Source: Actinomycetota bacterium (GTDB lineage: Bacteria > Actinomycetota > Thermoleophilia > Gaiellales > Gaiellaceae). Taken from it: a DNA stretch of 64,000 nt. The notes under the pieces are model-generated. The model had not been told where the DNA came from. It did not search any database and saw nothing but the letters and a program-made list of their open reading frames with translations. Both the position numbers and the translations under genes were made by a program. The stretch covers positions 11,401 to 75,400 of the forward strand of contig VAXH01000071.1 in NCBI GenBank assembly GCA_005883955.1. The letters are read 5' to 3'. Positions 1-8,113 of the stretch are shown in pieces; positions within the stretch are counted from its first letter, which is position 1; the number at the start of each line of letters is the position of its first letter.

Positions 1-464
1 CCTACGACCAGGCGCTCGAGGAGGCGCTCTGCCATGGTTGGATCGACGGCCAGGCGCGTCGCCGAGACGAAGCCACCTACCGTCAACGCTTTACGCCGCG
101 CCGGAACCGCAGCGCCTGGTCAAAGCGAAACACCGGCATCGCGGAACGCCTGGAAAGCGAAGGGAGAATGCATCCCGCGGGCCGAGCGGAGGTCGAGCGA
201 GCGAAGGCCGACGGCCGCTGGAATGCCGCTTACGCCGGCCCGGCCAGCATCGAGGTCCCGGCCGACCTGGCCGCGGCTCTGGCTGCCGAGCCCCGGGCGC
301 AGGCGATGTTCGAGGCCCTCAACAGCCAGAACCGCTACGCAATCCTCTACCGGATCGCTACCGCCAAGCGGGCTGACACGCGTGCGCGCCGGATCGATCA
401 GTTCGTGGCGATGCTCGCTCGCGGGGAGACCATTTATCCGCAGAAGCGCAGCCAGCCGGATTGA
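1..464 (+). CDS. YdeI/OmpD-associated family protein, 5' end cut by the window edge
   Basis: Frame 3 is open from nt 3 to TGA at 462-464. The translation ...ALCHGWIDGQARRRDEATYRQRFTPRRNRSAWSKRN...NRYAILYRIATAKRADTRARRIDQFVAML fits the YdeI-type pattern. Confidence 0.6.
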   Translation, partial: YDQALEEALCHGWIDGQARRRDEATYRQRFTPRRNRSAWSKRNTGIAERLESEGRMHPAGRAEVERAKADGRWNAAYAGPASIEVPADLAAALAAEPRAQAMFEALNSQNRYAILYRIATAKRADTRARRIDQFVAMLARGETIYPQKRSQPD

Positions 465-511
465 AATCGGCGACGATCAGGGACTCCGGGCGACAAAAAG
501 GGAGGGCTGGC

Positions 512-823
512 ATGTACCGGCACCGGATTCGCCAACAAATTCTCTACGGACGGTTCCGCGAGTACATGGAGATCGCGGAGGAGGTGATTGCGCTTCGAGC
601 AAAGCTCGGGCTCGCCGCTTCGACCCTCTGGGCACCGACGTTCGGCACAGCCAACGAGGTCGTCTGGGAGATCGACTACCCGGATCTCGCCGCCTACGAG
701 CGTGAGAACGAAACCTTCTATTCCCACCCCGCAGTGATGGAGCAATGGCGGCGACTTTGGCAGCTGGTGGTGCAGGGCTCCATTCAGGACGAGTTGCTGA
801 TGGAAGCCCCGCACATCGCTTAG
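512..823 (+). CDS. NIPSNAP-like / dimeric alpha-beta barrel small protein
   Basis: ATG at 512 is preceded by AAGGGAGGG. The 103-aa product MYRHRIRQQILYGRFREYMEI...WEIDYPDLAAYERENETFYSHPAV resembles NIPSNAP-type proteins. Family assignment is tentative. Confidence 0.45.
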   Translation: MYRHRIRQQILYGRFREYMEIAEEVIALRAKLGLAASTLWAPTFGTANEVVWEIDYPDLAAYERENETFYSHPAVMEQWRRLWQLVVQGSIQDELLMEAPHIA

Positions 824-927
824 CGCGCTGGCACCGCCTGTCTAGCTTTGCTGGGTGAACCTCCCGGTTCCCCCAGGCCCCCTCCACTGGTCCGCCGCGC
901 TACGCGCGACGGACAATCGCTGCGCGA

Positions 928-999
928 TGGGCGCGGCTGGGATCGAACCAGCGACCTCCCGCGTGTGAAGCGGGCGCTCTCCCGCTGAGCTACGCGCCC
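928..999 (-). tRNA. tRNA-Val (anticodon CAC)
   Basis: The reverse complement GGGCGCGTAGCTCAGCGGGAGAGCGCCCGCTTCACACGCGGGAGGTCGCTGGTTCGATCCCAGCCGCGCCCA folds as a cloverleaf. It has a 7-bp acceptor stem, a GTTCGATCC T-loop and anticodon loop TTCACAC. CCA is not encoded. Confidence 0.93.
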
Positions 1000-1035
1000 C
1001 GGCGCGATCGAGAATAGCGCTGCCCGCTACGATTC

Positions 1036-1122
1036 CGCTGCCCGCGGCACTGAGAGTGTTCGAACCGCGTCAGATCCGGAAGGAAGCAGCGCTAAGAATT
1101 CCTCTCAGGTGCCGCGGCTTTT
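1036..1122 (+). ncRNA. ffs: Signal recognition particle RNA (small bacterial 4.5S type)
   Basis: The conserved domain IV sequence GTCAGATCCGGAAGGAAGCAGCG (1069-1091, GGAA tetraloop) is embedded in a long hairpin. The arms are GCCCGCGGCACTGAGAG (1040-1056) and CTCTCAGGTGCCGCGGC (1102-1118), followed by TTTT. Exact ends are approximate. Confidence 0.75.
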
Positions 1123-1194
1123 CGTCTCGTCGCCGATGCCGGCTTGGCCGGCGTCGGCTCAGCACGCGAATTCCCTCTCAGGTGCCGCGGCTTT
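1096..1194. repeat. 26/27-nt direct repeat (SRP RNA 3' arm plus T-tract) flanking a 46-nt spacer with a 12-bp hairpin
   Basis: GAATTCCTCTCAGGTGCCGCGGCTTT at 1096-1121 recurs as GAATTCCCTCTCAGGTGCCGCGGCTTT at 1168-1194. The spacer hairpin is GCCGATGCCGGC-TTG-GCCGGCGTCGGC (1132-1158). Confidence 0.9.
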
Positions 1195-2707
1195 CTTGGG
1201 CGACGGCCGGAGCTCTCTCTCCCGTCCCAGCCGGAACGCGCATCAGCACGCCAGCTGCAACCGCGCCGGCGAAGGCGACGGCGGAGCCGACGAGCAGGAC
1301 CGCGTTCAGTCCGCTCACGAAAGCGATCACCGCCGGATGAGCCAGAGCCGGATGGCCGCCGACCACGCGCGTTCCCGACGAGCTCACCGCGGCAGCGAGC
1401 GTCCGGCTGTGCACGTGCGCCGTCGAGGCGAGCGAGGCCGAAACGCGGTCTTCGAGCACGGCACCAAGGGCTGCGACTCCGATCGCGACACCGCTGAGCC
1501 TGAAAGCGTTGTTGATGCCGGACGCCATCCCCGACCGGGCGGGATCGACCGTCCGGAGCGCGGAGGCGGCAAGGGTCGGATTCGCAAGTCCGATGCCGAT
1601 CCCGCCGACGATGAAACCGGGGAGCAGAGCTGTCCAACGGGAGCCGGTCGTCACGCCGTGCAGCAGCAGCAGGCCAATCGCCACGAGCAGCATGCCGAGA
1701 GACGCAAGCAGCCATGGCTGCACGCGTTGGGCGATTCCCCGAGTTGCGATCGGCACCAGAAAGACGAAGGCCGTCAGCGGCAGAAACCGAAGCCCGGCCC
1801 CCAACGGCGAGGTGCCGAGGATGTCCTGAAGGTAGATCGAGAGGTAGGGAAACAGCGCGAACATGCCGGCGGCGATGGCGAAGGTCGCGAGCGAGACGCC
1901 GACGAAGGCGCGATTGCGGAAGAGCGAGATGTCGAGCATCGGCCGCTCCTGCCTTGCCTCGACGACCACGAAGACGACGAGCAACGCGGCGCCGGCGAAC
2001 AGCGTCCCGACGATCAAGCCGCTGCCCCAGCCCTCGGCGTTTCCGCGCAGGAGCCCGAAGACGGTCAGGAACAGCGCGGCGGTGAACGTGACGAGGCCGG
2101 CGAAGTCGGTTCGGACGGCGCCGAGGTCACGCGACTCGGTCATCCGCGTGCGCGCGATCAGGAGCGCAAACGCCCCGACCGGGACGTTGACGAAGAAGAC
2201 CCAGCGCCAGCCGAGCGCGTCCGTGAGGATTCCTCCGACGAGCGGGCCGGAAGCCACAGCCGCGCCTACAGTGGCGCCCCACACCGCGATCGCACCGAAG
2301 CGGTCGGCACCGCGATACTCGTGTCCGATCAGCGCGAGCGCGGTCGCGAACAGCGCCGCGCCGCCGATCCCCTGGACACCCCTTGCGACGTCGAGCGCCG
2401 TGATGTTCCAAGCAAGGCCGCAGACGAGCGAGGCGCTGGTGAAGACGACGACGCCGAACACGAACAGGAGGCGCCGGCCGAATCTGTCGGCGAGAGCTCC
2501 AGCGGTCAGGATCAACGCGGCGAGCGCGAGCGCGTACGCGTCGACGACCCACTGGAGCCCGGTCAGGTCGGCGCTGAGCCGGCGCTGGATGCTTGGCAGC
2601 GCGACGTTCACGATCGTGATGTCGAGCAGCAACATGAACGTCGTCACGCAGACGGCGATCAGTGTCCAGCGGCGAACCTCGGGCGACCCGGCCTCCACCG
2701 GCGGCAT
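1178..2707 (-). CDS. MFS transporter, DHA2 (EmrB/QacA-like, 14-TMS) drug/H+ antiporter family
   Basis: I trimmed the 680-aa ORF to the ATG at 2707 (MPPVEAGSPEVRRWTLIAVCVTTFMLLLDITIVNVALPSIQRRL...). The product is multi-TM, and LADRFGRRLLF is the typical MFS motif A region. Confidence 0.85.
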   Translation of the reverse strand: MPPVEAGSPEVRRWTLIAVCVTTFMLLLDITIVNVALPSIQRRLSADLTGLQWVVDAYALALAALILTAGALADRFGRRLLFVFGVVVFTSASLVCGLAWNITALDVARGVQGIGGAALFATALALIGHEYRGADRFGAIAVWGATVGAAVASGPLVGGILTDALGWRWVFFVNVPVGAFALLIARTRMTESRDLGAVRTDFAGLVTFTAALFLTVFGLLRGNAEGWGSGLIVGTLFAGAALLVVFVVVEARQERPMLDISLFRNRAFVGVSLATFAIAAGMFALFPYLSIYLQDILGTSPLGAGLRFLPLTAFVFLVPIATRGIAQRVQPWLLASLGMLLVAIGLLLLHGVTTGSRWTALLPGFIVGGIGIGLANPTLAASALRTVDPARSGMASGINNAFRLSGVAIGVAALGAVLEDRVSASLASTAHVHSRTLAAAVSSSGTRVVGGHPALAHPAVIAFVSGLNAVLLVGSAVAFAGAVAAGVLMRVPAGTGERAPAVAQESRGT

Positions 2708-2776
2708 GATAGGAAGCAGGCTGGCATCTCCGCAAAAGCCAGCTGACCGTCTACTGCCGCGGGCGATAGCATCGCC

Positions 2777-4366
2777 TTGGTGGCCGCCCTCTACCGCAAG
2801 TACCGCCCGCAGGGATTCGACGACGTCGTCGGACAGGAACCCGTCGTCCGCACGCTCGAGAACGCGATCGACGCGGGGCAGATCCGCCAGGCCTACTTGT
2901 TCGCGGGGCCGCGGGGGACCGGCAAGACGTCGCTCGCCCGGATCCTGGCCAAAGCATTGAACTGCGAAAAGGGTCCAAGTTCCCAACCGGATACCGACTG
3001 CCACATCTGCCGCGCTATCGCGGCCGGCACATCGCTCGACGTCGTCGAGATGGACGCCGCCTCGCAGCGCGGGATCGACGACATCCGGGATATCCGCGAC
3101 CATGCGGTGCTGCAGCCGGTCGAGGGCCGCTACAAGGTCTACATCCTCGACGAGGCGCACCAACTCACGGACGCAGCCTTCAACGCTCTGCTGAAGCTGA
3201 TCGAGGAGCCTCCGCCCCACCTCATCTTCGTCTTCTGCACGACCGACCTGAGCAAGATGCTCCCGACCGTTCGCTCACGTTGCCAGACGTTCGTGTTCGC
3301 GCGACCGCGCCTGCCGGAGCTCGTACGCGTGCTTCGTTGGGTCGCCGACGGCGAGGAGATCGAGGTGCCGGACGCGGCGCTGGCGCTCGTCGCCCGCGCG
3401 GCGCGGGGCGCGTACAGGGATGCGGTTTCGACGCTCGACCAGCTCTCGGCTGCGACCGGGAAGAAGATCACGGTTCAGGACGTGCTCCAGCTGCTCGGCG
3501 CCGTCGAGGAGGAGGCGCTCTTCCGCCTCTGCGACCTGATCGTCGACCGCGACACGGCAGGGGCGCTGACGTTCATCGAAGAGCTCTCCGAGCAGGGCCA
3601 GGACCTCGGCCGGCTCGTCACTGACCTGCTCGAGCACTTGCGGCACGTCCTGCTCGTGCAGCACATGGGTCACGTGCCGGACTCGCTGCCCGTGACCGAA
3701 GAGGTTCGCGAGCGGTTGCACGAGCAGGCGAACCAGCTCGGCGAGTCGACCGTTTTGCGGCTGTGCGATCTGCTCGCCGTGGCCGTCGACGACATGCGGC
3801 AGGGCGCCGATCCCCGCCTTCCGCTCGAGCTCGCGCTCGTAAAGGTGACGCGCCCGGCGGCCGACCTCTCCCGTGAGGCGACCGCTTACCGGCTCGAGCA
3901 GCTCGAGGAGCGTGTCCCTTCTGGACTTGCCGCGGGACCTGGTCCCGCGGCACGGCCCAAGGAGACGCCTACCGAGGCGCCCGCGCCGCCGCGGGAGCCG
4001 CCGTCCGTGGATCTGGAGCAACTCCAGGAGGCCTGGCAGCGAGCTGTCTTGCCGGCCGTGGAGGAGAAGTCGATTCCGACTGCGTCCGTCCTGCGCGAGG
4101 CCCATCCGGCCGGGCTCGCGGGCGACACCCTGACGCTCGAGTTTCCCCGCAACGCGTCCTTCCACCGCCAGCTCGCCGAGGAGCCGAAGAACGCAACTCT
4201 GCTCGCCGACGCGCTCTACGAGGTGACCGGGCGGCGGCTCGCCCTCGCCTTCGAGCTCGGCGCCAACGGCGGCGATTCCGAGCCCGCCGAAGAGGAGCCC
4301 GCAGGCGAGGACGACCTGGTTTCGCTGATCAAGGAGACATTCGACGCCCGCGAGGTAGAGGAGTAG
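2777..4366 (+). CDS. dnaX: DNA polymerase III subunit gamma/tau
   Basis: Motifs: Walker A GPRGTGKTS, ILDEAHQL, TVRSRCQ (SRC). Pro/Glu-rich C-terminal half. Start is TTG 2777 or GTG 2780. Confidence 0.95.
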   Translation: MVAALYRKYRPQGFDDVVGQEPVVRTLENAIDAGQIRQAYLFAGPRGTGKTSLARILAKALNCEKGPSSQPDTDCHICRAIAAGTSLDVVEMDAASQRGIDDIRDIRDHAVLQPVEGRYKVYILDEAHQLTDAAFNALLKLIEEPPPHLIFVFCTTDLSKMLPTVRSRCQTFVFARPRLPELVRVLRWVADGEEIEVPDAALALVARAARGAYRDAVSTLDQLSAATGKKITVQDVLQLLGAVEEEALFRLCDLIVDRDTAGALTFIEELSEQGQDLGRLVTDLLEHLRHVLLVQHMGHVPDSLPVTEEVRERLHEQANQLGESTVLRLCDLLAVAVDDMRQGADPRLPLELALVKVTRPAADLSREATAYRLEQLEERVPSGLAAGPGPAARPKETPTEAPAPPREPPSVDLEQLQEAWQRAVLPAVEEKSIPTASVLREAHPAGLAGDTLTLEFPRNASFHRQLAEEPKNATLLADALYEVTGRRLALAFELGANGGDSEPAEEEPAGEDDLVSLIKETFDAREVEE

Positions 4367-4368
4367 CC

Positions 4369-4689
4369 GTGGCGATGGACTTCGAGAAGCTGATGCGGCA
4401 AGCGCAGCAGATGCAAGAGCAGATGGCGAAGGCGCAGGAGGAGCTCGCCGGCGAGACCGTCGAAGCCTCGGCCGGCGGCGGAATGGTCAAGGTCAAGGCC
4501 ACCGGAGCGCTCGAGATCACCGAAATCACGATCTCGCCGGAGGCAATCGACCCCGACGATCCTGAGCTCCTCGCCGACATGGTGCTCGCCGCCGTCAACG
4601 AGGCCCTCCGCTCCGCCCAGCAGCTCGTCGAGACGAAGCTCGGCGGCGCGATGGGCGGCATGCAGGGGCTCGGGCTTCCCGGCCTGTAA
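4369..4689 (+). CDS. ybaB: YbaB/EbfC family nucleoid-associated protein
   Basis: 106 aa, MQEQMAKAQEELAGETVEASAGGGMVKVKATG..., lying directly after dnaX as in most bacteria. Confidence 0.9.
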   Translation: MAMDFEKLMRQAQQMQEQMAKAQEELAGETVEASAGGGMVKVKATGALEITEITISPEAIDPDDPELLADMVLAAVNEALRSAQQLVETKLGGAMGGMQGLGLPGL

Positions 4690-4692
4690 GCG

Positions 4693-5100
4693 ATGGGTGT
4701 ACCCGACCTGCTGCGCAGGAGCCCGGTTTTCGCCCGGTTCGACGACGAGACGCTGGTGAGGCTCTCCGCTCCGTTCTCAGAGGTCGAGTTCCCGGCCGAG
4801 CACGTGTTGATCGAGCCGCGGACGCCGGGATCGGGCCTGTTCGTGATCTGCGACGGAAGCGTCGTCGCCGAGGCGCGCGGGAAGCAGCGCGAGCTCGGCC
4901 GCGGCGACGTTGTCGGCGAGATTTCGTTGCTCGAGGAGGACGGGTTGCGACGGGCGCGGGTCGTAGCGAAGACCCCAGTGACCTGCCTCGCGCTCGGACG
5001 CACAGACTTCGAGCGCCTCCTTTCTGCGGAGCCCGAGTTCGCTGACGCGATGCGGCAACTCGCTCGCGAACAGCTCGCCGAGCGCGAGGGCTCGGGCTGA
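4693..5100 (+). CDS. Stand-alone cyclic nucleotide-binding (CAP effector-type) domain protein
   Basis: 135 aa with the cNMP-binding pattern: SPVFARFDDETLVRL...GSGLFVICDGSVVA...LGRGDVVGEISLLEE...RRARVVAKT. It starts 3 nt after the ybaB stop. Confidence 0.8.
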   Translation: MGVPDLLRRSPVFARFDDETLVRLSAPFSEVEFPAEHVLIEPRTPGSGLFVICDGSVVAEARGKQRELGRGDVVGEISLLEEDGLRRARVVAKTPVTCLALGRTDFERLLSAEPEFADAMRQLAREQLAEREGSG

Positions 5101-5140
5101 GCGGGACCGGGGCGACCACCAGCCTAGGCAGAATTGGCCG

Positions 5141-5731
5141 GTGGTCTCACCGGCGATCGACAATCTCGTCGCGCAGCTGACACGCCTGCCGGGTGTGGGC
5201 ACCCGCACGGCGCACAGGCTCGCGTTCCACCTGCTCCGAGCCCCGAAGGACGAGGCGCTCGCGCTCGCTTCGGCTGTTCAGGAGGTCAAGGAGCGCGTCC
5301 GTTTCTGCAAGGAGTGCGGGAACCTGACCGAGGAAGAGCTCTGCTCCATCTGCGAGGACGCACGGCGCGACCGGACGATCGTTTGCGTCGTCGAGCAGCC
5401 GGTCGACCTGATCTCCGTCGAGCGGACGCATGAGTATCGCGGGCTCTACCACGTCCTCGGCGGCGCCCTTTCGCCGCTCGACGGCGTCGAGCCCGAGCAT
5501 CTGCGGATCGACGAGCTGCTCGGCCGGGTCGAGCGGAACGGGATCGAGGAGGTCGTGCTCGCGACGAACCCGAACATGACCGGCGAGGCGACAGCGGCCT
5601 TCCTCGCGGACCGCCTGCGCGGGCGCGTTCGCGTCACCCGGCTGGCAAGCGGGCTCCCCGTCGGCGGCGACCTCGAGTACGCGGACGAGGTGACACTCGG
5701 CCGCGCGCTGGCCGGCAGAAGAGAGATGTAG
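5141..5731 (+). CDS. recR: Recombination protein RecR
   Basis: HhH motif LPGVGTRTAHRLAFHLL, C4 zinc finger CKECGNLTEEELCSIC, and Toprim region VCVVEQPVDL...ATNPNMTGEATA. Confidence 0.95.
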   Translation: MVSPAIDNLVAQLTRLPGVGTRTAHRLAFHLLRAPKDEALALASAVQEVKERVRFCKECGNLTEEELCSICEDARRDRTIVCVVEQPVDLISVERTHEYRGLYHVLGGALSPLDGVEPEHLRIDELLGRVERNGIEEVVLATNPNMTGEATAAFLADRLRGRVRVTRLASGLPVGGDLEYADEVTLGRALAGRREM

Positions 5732-6700
5732 CTAGTGGGCTGCCGGCTCGACCTGAACGACGTCGGCAACCGCCTCGTCGATCGCCGCCAAAATCGAGGC
5801 GTCGAGCTCGATCCCGGAGGCGGCCGCGTTGTCCTCGACCTGCTCCGGCCGCGAAGCGCCGATGATCGCGGAGGCGATGTTCGGCTCACGCAGGACCCAG
5901 GCGAGCGCGAGCTGGGCCATCGAGATCCCCAGACCCTTGGCAATCGGGACGAGGCGCTGCGCGGCTTCGAGCACGTCGTCGTCGCGGTAGCGGTCCATCG
6001 CCCAGCCCATCTCGTTGCCCATGCGAGTGTCGGCCGGCGGCGGCTCTCCCGGCTTGTACTTGCCGGTCAGCACCCCTTGGGCCAGCGGTGACCAGACGAT
6101 CTGCGAGATCCCATTTGCGGCGCAGAGCGCGATCACTTCGCGCTCGATCACGCGCCAGAGAATCGAGTACTCCGGCTGGCTCGAGACGAACTTCTCGTTC
6201 GGCGGGCTCAGTTCGAGCGATGCACGGATCTGGTCCGGCGACCATTCGCTGAAGCCGAGGTAGCGCACCTTGCCCTGGCGGACGATCTCGCTCAGCGCGT
6301 CCATCGTCTCCTCGAGCGGGGTGCCCTGGTCGTAGCGGTGACACTGGTAGAGGTCGACGAAGTCCGTACGGAGACGCCTGAGCGAGTCGTCGATCTGCTT
6401 GAAGACCTGCTGTCTCGAGAGGCCCTGATTCTCGCCGGTGTCGTCCATCGGGAAGAAGAGCTTCGTCGCGAGCACATAGGAGTCGCGCGGCCGGTCCTTG
6501 AGCGCGTCGCCGAGGAACTCCTCTGCCGCCCCTCGGCCGTAGACGTTCGACGTGTCGATCAGGTTCATGCCGAGCTCGAAGGCCTTGTCGAGACAGGCGC
6601 GCGCTGCGTCGTTCTCGACGCCGACCCCGTAGGTCAGCCAGCTACCGAGCGAGATCTCGGAGACCTGCAGGTCGCTAGAGCCGAGCCGGCGAAAGCGCAC
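5732..6700 (-). CDS. Aldo/keto reductase family oxidoreductase
   Basis: VRFRRLGSSDLQVSEISLGSWLTYG...NLIDTSNVYGRGAAEEFLG...LYQCHRYD. GTG 6700 is chosen as the start; the ATG at 6796 would add a non-conserved 32-aa extension. Confidence 0.85.
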   Translation of the reverse strand: MRFRRLGSSDLQVSEISLGSWLTYGVGVENDAARACLDKAFELGMNLIDTSNVYGRGAAEEFLGDALKDRPRDSYVLATKLFFPMDDTGENQGLSRQQVFKQIDDSLRRLRTDFVDLYQCHRYDQGTPLEETMDALSEIVRQGKVRYLGFSEWSPDQIRASLELSPPNEKFVSSQPEYSILWRVIEREVIALCAANGISQIVWSPLAQGVLTGKYKPGEPPPADTRMGNEMGWAMDRYRDDDVLEAAQRLVPIAKGLGISMAQLALAWVLREPNIASAIIGASRPEQVEDNAAASGIELDASILAAIDEAVADVVQVEPAAH

Positions 6701-6952
6701 GTCGCATTCGTACAGGAAGGGGATGGGCTCCGGTCGGGGCAGGCCGCGCAGGCGATTCTTTGAGGACTGTCCACCCGAATTGGCACGGCAGGACATGGCA
6801 ACTGCAACGAAAGCGTGACTTTTCGTCCCCAGGACACGGCCGCCGGAGGCAATTCGGCCCTGCGCCTACACTTTCGCCGCGTGTCCACGACCGAGTACGA
6901 AGCGGTTCCGGCGGTCGCCGCGGAGGCGAGACCGCGCGCGGGCACGGTCGTC

Positions 6953-8107
6953 ATGAAGTTCGGTGGCACGTCGGTCGGCGATCCGCAGAAGCTCAAGGAC
7001 GTCGCCGCGCGCATCGTCGCCGCGCGCGCCGAGGGGACACGGGTCGTCGCCGTCCTTTCCGCCATGGGCGACACGACCGACGACCTGGTCCGCCTCGCCT
7101 ACGAGGTCTCGCCGCAGCCGAAGCCGCGCGAGCTCGACATGCTGATCTCGGTCGGCGAGCGGATCTCGGCGATCTCGCTCACGGGCAGCCAGGCCGGGAT
7201 CGTCACCGACACCGTCCACGGCAAGGCGAAGATCGTCGACGTCCGCGCCCGCCGGATCCACGAAGCGCTCGACCAGGACAAGGTCGTGCTGGTGGCGGGC
7301 TTCCAGGGCGTCTCGACGGACCTCGACATCACGACGCTCGGTCGCGGCGGCTCCGACACCACGGCCGTGGCCCTCGCCGCCGCCCTCGCCGCGAGTCACT
7401 GTGAGATCTACACCGACGTCGCGGGCGTCTTCACCGCCGATCCGAGGATCGTCCCGGGCGCGCGCAAGCTGCACGCGGTCAGCTACGACGAGATGCTGGA
7501 GCTCTCCGCCTCGGGCGCGAAGGTGCTTCAGCTACGCTCGGTCGAGGTCGCGCGGAACTACGGCGTCAAGCTGCACGTTCGCTCGACGTTCAGCGACGAC
7601 GACGGCACCTGGGTCACCGAGGAAGACGAGCGGATGCTTGAGAAGGCGATCATCTCCGGCGTTGCCCACACGTTCGACGAGGCCGTCTACCGCGTCCAGT
7701 CGGTCGACCGCGCCGACCTCTTCGCCGCGCTCGCCGAAGCAGGCGTCAACGTCGACACGATCATCCAGACCGGCGACGAGATCGTGTTCTCGGCCCCACT
7801 CGGCGATCGGGGCGACGCCCAGACCGCGCTCGACCGTGCCTCGGCGGATTGCGACTACATCGAAGGGCTCGCGAAGGTGAGCCTGATCGGCGCCGGCATG
7901 AAGAGCCATCCCGGAATCGCGGCCCGCACATTCGCGACGCTCCGCGAGATCAGCGTGGAGGCGCGCTTCATCGTCACCTCGCCGATCAAAATCTCGTTCT
8001 TCGTCGAGCGCGCCGACGCGGAACGGACGGTGCTCGCCCTCCACGAAGCGTTCGAGCTCGCCGCACCGGGAAGCGAACGAGAGCGTGTCGAGCAAGAGCA
8101 TGTCTGA
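6953..8107 (+). CDS. lysC: Aspartate kinase (apparent about 14-aa internal gap)
   Basis: MKFGGTSVGD, SAMGDTTDDL, TLGRGGSDTTAVALAAAL and C-terminal ACT-type regions. An alternative GTG start lies at 6881. ERIS-AISLTGSQAG lacks the helix normally present between ERIS and SxTGxQAG. Confidence 0.9.
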   Translation: MKFGGTSVGDPQKLKDVAARIVAARAEGTRVVAVLSAMGDTTDDLVRLAYEVSPQPKPRELDMLISVGERISAISLTGSQAGIVTDTVHGKAKIVDVRARRIHEALDQDKVVLVAGFQGVSTDLDITTLGRGGSDTTAVALAAALAASHCEIYTDVAGVFTADPRIVPGARKLHAVSYDEMLELSASGAKVLQLRSVEVARNYGVKLHVRSTFSDDDGTWVTEEDERMLEKAIISGVAHTFDEAVYRVQSVDRADLFAALAEAGVNVDTIIQTGDEIVFSAPLGDRGDAQTALDRASADCDYIEGLAKVSLIGAGMKSHPGIAARTFATLREISVEARFIVTSPIKISFFVERADAERTVLALHEAFELAAPGSERERVEQEHV

Positions 8108-8113
8108 GCGCTA

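Noticed and set aside
1109-2746. 545-aa ORF on the plus strand, plus several other long ORFs overlapping the MFS gene.
   Set aside because: It is antisense or out of frame to a clear MFS transporter. The translation is Arg/Asp/Gly/Pro-rich low complexity, typical of open non-coding frames in about 70% GC DNA.
6701-6952. The 250-nt region upstream of ask considered as a lysine riboswitch.
   Set aside because: I could not recognise L-box conserved cores. Part of the region may be coding if the GTG at 6881 is the start. A covariance-model scan is needed before any call.
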